Shown here piece after piece: positions 60,265 to 64,000 of a DNA stretch of 64,000 bases; the first letter of the stretch is position 1, and the number at the start of each line of letters is the position of its first letter. This stretch comes from Corallochytrium limacisporum Hawaii (taxonomy: Eukaryota > Protista > Pluriformea), in NCBI GenBank assembly GCA_002811645.1, contig PDIP01000122.1, positions 118,060-182,059 of the forward strand. The letters are read 5' to 3'. The notes under the pieces were generated by a model. That model saw only the letters and a program-made list of their open reading frames with translations, made no database searches and was not told where the DNA came from. Both the position numbers and the translations under genes were made by a program.

Positions 60265-63198
60265 ATGGTAACTAAAATTAGTCAGCAACGTGGTTCCTCA
60301 CGCACGGAACATCAATCTTCGTCCCTTTCCAAGCTAAGACTCGACGCCGTGGGCCGTAGAGCTTGGCTGCATGCCTACGAAAACTTGGAGGATGACGGTC
60401 AAAAACGTGACGCTTGTGAGCAGCGCTTGGCCCATCTGCTCTCTGGATCGAGTCGGTACTTCGGGCACTTCGACGTGGCAGGGCAAGAGGATCTAGTGCT
60501 CGTACTGGCGCCTCAGAAGTCGGATCACACGGACCGAGAGGTCAGGACAATGGTAAGCAGAGTACTGACTCTCTATCAAGAACAGATCATGAACCTGTCG
60601 GAGCCTGTGACCATAATGCAAGTATTGCCCGGCGCAGGACCCGATACTCCAACGATTGAAACCTGGCGTCCACCGACCGGGCAGAGACTTCAGGGACTCG
60701 CGAAATGGATGGGATCTAAGCAATGGAACACTTTGCCTGCGGATTGCGAAGAGAAGGCCGCCAAACGAGATAGTATGAAAACGAAGAAAAGAGTTAACGG
60801 CACAAATCCGTTGGGAGCCAACAAGGGTGGCCCTCGAACCAAATTGGGCCCACGCAAGACCTCATCTAAGACGGCGCCGCGATCCAAGAAATCACCAGCT
60901 TGCTCTGAAGGGACCGACATTCAGCGAGGACAGGGATCCAGCCTAGAGAAAAACTGTGATCAAGGGAAAGAGTCAGAGTCGGACATCTCTGGGAATCGAC
61001 TTGGCGTCGGGTACGCCTTACGATACCTACCGAATCTGAACAGGTCATTCCGCCACGACTCCGCGCATCAGGTCTACGTGATAGTTGATGGCGAACCCGT
61101 AGATGGTTGGAGTCAGCTCCGCACTGCCATTCTTTCCCATCGCCAGACCCATCCCAAAGACCGCGTGTCATTCTTGGTCTACGGTGTGCCTGATGACAAG
61201 GTCCTGAGGGGCTACCGTGCCCTAGCCCAAATTGGCGGCGGTGATTTTCACAGTTTTTCTGTCCTCGATCACAAGGGTGACGGGCATGACGGACTGGATG
61301 CTGTGCCCATTGACATGGACAGTGTTGCGGATCTGATACAAGGTAGCCAGGAAGAAGAGGTACAGATGCTGCTCGGTCAGGTCGATCCAGATCATCCTGA
61401 CAGTCGTGTGGTGAACGATGGGCCCGGTGACTGGTGGACGACGTCCAATGTTGACATTGCAGCAATGACCTCGACCATGCCAACAACTCAACAGAAAGAG
61501 AGGTTGAAGGAAGACGAAGATGTTCAAGTTGCAGTAACCATTGTTCATCCGCTTGCGTTGGAAGAGGGAAAGGCACAAGGTCAGGACGCAAAGAAGAACC
61601 CCGAAGCAGCCCCAGACAATGGCGCTTTGTCCAACCTGACTGCACAAGAAGCGGCGAAATCCGTAGGAAAGGTCAGCCAAGTGGCCAAGGACACCAAGTC
61701 CACTACAACCACTGCTGAGCAAATGGCAGGGGGTGCTGCAGCTGTGGCACTGGGCTATTCGTCCATAAGCCTCGTCCATTCGATGACCACTCCGAAATCA
61801 GGTGATGTAGAGTCCTTCTCACCTCCAAAGACCGCCACAGAGGCAATGGGCCAAGTTGTGCTGCACGGCCGCAGAACACTGGAGCATGACATGGGCCCAG
61901 CGGCCGACGCCAGCTTTGATGGCGACGCTTTGGAGGGAGACACCAGCCCCAACGCTGTGGCCACTGGTCTGGGACAGTTCGTCCCTGCCGATCGCCGCGT
62001 GTGGTCCGCTGGTCATTCTAAGGAAGGCTACGAAGTGCTCGAGGACCAAGACCATGATGTAGACGAATTGGTGAGATGCCAATCCAACGGTCCTGCTTCT
62101 GCGGCCGTCCCAGCCATGAGGAAAACTTACAATCCTCAGTTTACGCGTAGAGATGCGGCGCATTGTGTCGTTGCACAGGACTTGCACGACGATTCCGTCC
62201 TCAACACTACAATGGATCGCATGGCGGCACTGATGCAGAATCAGCTGCCGTATGGACTGGCCACGACGGGGACAGCCGCGGACGCTACAACAGTGCAGCG
62301 ATCCATATCACCAGATCTTGGCCCTCGCGGCCTGCAGAGCGTCCAGTCGCCCGTGTTGGGCATGGCAACGGCCCTCTTTCTCAACGCCCGGCCTTCTCTG
62401 ATTGCCCAAAATGCGGACGACGCCACCGCGAATGGAACGATGACTTATGGGACTGTCCCGTTGCGCTCTTCCTTGGCGGATGACACCAACTGGCAGGCCA
62501 TGCCGCGGTTGCCGAGCTTCGTCATCCGCGACCGTATGGGACTGCAACTACAGCAGTTTACTCTCGAACTCTGGATCTATCCCTTCCGCCCCCAACGCTG
62601 GGCTACTTTGGTCACGAAGACTGCCACCTGGGGAGACGGTTGGGGTCTCATCACGCTCGACGATGCCAAGACATTGACGTTCTTTACCACATCCTGGCAG
62701 ATTCATGACGCGAAAGGTACCTCTGTGAACTGTCCCATGCCTTGCAGCGGCCATTGGACTCATATCGCAGTGACATGCGACGGCAGACAACTGCGCATGT
62801 ACCAGAACGGCCACCTCTGCAGTACGGCCGAGCAGCCCGAACGCATTCAGTATGACACACGCGGTATGGCGCCCATCGTTGTCGGCGGCACACAGTGGTC
62901 AGGTAAAGTTCACGGCTTTCACGGCGTCGTCTCTGACCTGCGTGTCTGGAGCCACGCCCGCAGTGCCGGCGACATTCAAAAATTGCAGCGCCAGGAGCCG
63001 CGGCCGCGGCAGAGCGGCCTACTGTGTCGGTACCGTTTCGATCCGCGCGACTCGTACCGTGGAGGCCGGGACGATGGTATCATGCACTGTCACGGCACGT
63101 ATTGGGGAGATGCGCGCGGAGTGGACCTGCTCCCGGCAACGACCATGCTCGAAACTGGGGATAACTTGCAGGAGACTAGGGCCAGGCACGAGGTTTAA
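60265..63198 (+). CDS. Degenerate VWA-like domain + disordered linker + LamG/concanavalin-like domain protein
   Basis: VYVIVDGEP...LAQIGGGDF (VWA C-half); FTLELWIYP...WTHIAVT.DG..LRMYQNG...FHG.VSDLRVWSHARS (LamG-like). First ATG at 60265. Confidence 0.75.
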   Translation: MVTKISQQRGSSRTEHQSSSLSKLRLDAVGRRAWLHAYENLEDDGQKRDACEQRLAHLLSGSSRYFGHFDVAGQEDLVLVLAPQKSDHTDREVRTMVSRVLTLYQEQIMNLSEPVTIMQVLPGAGPDTPTIETWRPPTGQRLQGLAKWMGSKQWNTLPADCEEKAAKRDSMKTKKRVNGTNPLGANKGGPRTKLGPRKTSSKTAPRSKKSPACSEGTDIQRGQGSSLEKNCDQGKESESDISGNRLGVGYALRYLPNLNRSFRHDSAHQVYVIVDGEPVDGWSQLRTAILSHRQTHPKDRVSFLVYGVPDDKVLRGYRALAQIGGGDFHSFSVLDHKGDGHDGLDAVPIDMDSVADLIQGSQEEEVQMLLGQVDPDHPDSRVVNDGPGDWWTTSNVDIAAMTSTMPTTQQKERLKEDEDVQVAVTIVHPLALEEGKAQGQDAKKNPEAAPDNGALSNLTAQEAAKSVGKVSQVAKDTKSTTTTAEQMAGGAAAVALGYSSISLVHSMTTPKSGDVESFSPPKTATEAMGQVVLHGRRTLEHDMGPAADASFDGDALEGDTSPNAVATGLGQFVPADRRVWSAGHSKEGYEVLEDQDHDVDELVRCQSNGPASAAVPAMRKTYNPQFTRRDAAHCVVAQDLHDDSVLNTTMDRMAALMQNQLPYGLATTGTAADATTVQRSISPDLGPRGLQSVQSPVLGMATALFLNARPSLIAQNADDATANGTMTYGTVPLRSSLADDTNWQAMPRLPSFVIRDRMGLQLQQFTLELWIYPFRPQRWATLVTKTATWGDGWGLITLDDAKTLTFFTTSWQIHDAKGTSVNCPMPCSGHWTHIAVTCDGRQLRMYQNGHLCSTAEQPERIQYDTRGMAPIVVGGTQWSGKVHGFHGVVSDLRVWSHARSAGDIQKLQRQEPRPRQSGLLCRYRFDPRDSYRGGRDDGIMHCHGTYWGDARGVDLLPATTMLETGDNLQETRARHEV

Positions 63199-63742
63199 CA
63201 GAAACGGACTCTGCGCACAAAAGCAAAATACACCACGACCCGCGCCTCTTAATATACGGACATCGTAAAAATCCACGCCTTTGCCGAACGCTACGGTCAA
63301 AATAAATCCTTGAATCTTGTGAACCATTCAGAGTACATATACAACAACACATTGACTAACGGACACCTGCCACGGCACCGCTAATTAAATATACGTACGT
63401 GGTTGGAGGCACCACGTCCTAAGAGTCAATCAACAGGAGAGGAAAGGGAGGGGGGTTGTTGGTGGTCGGGCCGGCCAACTTGGTGGTACGCGACAAACCC
63501 GGTGTGCGTGTTGTGTGTTTGGCTTTTATTGTTTTCTGGCCGCTTTTTATTTACCCTTTGGTCCCCCCCTCCCCCCGGGGGATCGGTCCCAAAAGTTGTG
63601 TACACATTGCTCTCCCCCTCCGCAGTTCCGCCGCCCCGCTCCCCCTGTGCAGACCGTGTCACCGCAACCACCACCGTGAGCGATGGGGGGACAGTGGAGT
63701 GAGGGCCCGGGAGAACGGCACACGATACCGCCGATGCGGGGC

Positions 63743-63767
63743 TGTGTGTGTGTGTGTGTGTGTGTGT
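63743..63767. repeat. (TG)12 microsatellite; a second (GT)7 lies at 63883-63896
   Basis: Direct reading of the sequence. Confidence 0.95.
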
Positions 63768-64000
63768 ACACCACAACAAAAAAAATAGAAAAGTAAAAAC
63801 GAAATTTTCCCGGTCCCGCTCTCTCGGTCTACAACAACCACCGCAGTTTCCCGCCCGGGAAGCGAAAGGAGGCGGGCGATCGGTGTGTGTGTGTGTTTGG
63901 TTTCGGTGGGGTTGGAGGTTTTTGTTTCGCGATTTGCAGTACCACCCTCTGTCTGAGAATATTGTATCAAATCTACTCATTTTGATTTAGCTCTGCCGTC

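Overview
This is gene-dense eukaryotic nuclear DNA with about 22 credible protein-coding genes, none with a visible coding intron, including a 9.3-kb ORF, SPT5 and STAG/SCC3. It has one assembly gap at 54176-54438. Recognisable genes are MBOAT7, RagA/Gtr1, UTP18, a lanosterol-type oxidosqualene cyclase, STAG/SCC3, CDC37, SLC35B1, COG5, TRAPPC1, HTATIP2, SPT5, a Pho80/Pcl-type cyclin, PARL and a TBC RabGAP. Gene content plus intron loss suggest a unicellular opisthokont or holozoan such as Corallochytrium (inference only). The most interesting signal is at 3153-4124 (-): an apparent p1/AMTP1 subunit of the MTA1c/AMT1 DNA N6-adenine methyltransferase complex. Its tail carries a p21-like PCNA-binding PIP box and a terminal ubiquitin-interacting motif, suggesting DNMT1-like, replication-coupled recruitment for 6mA maintenance. 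Other leads are a TRAPPC1-COG5 pair separated by only 29 bp (candidate bicistron), a tandem EXD1-like nuclease with a degenerate second active site, a RING-PA14 fusion, a 3100-aa Ig/ASH-like protein, and a recurrent intergenic C-tract/G-tract palindrome (CCCCGGGG). I found no tRNA, rRNA, CRISPR array or recognisable transposon. All family assignments are from motif recognition by eye, with no database search.
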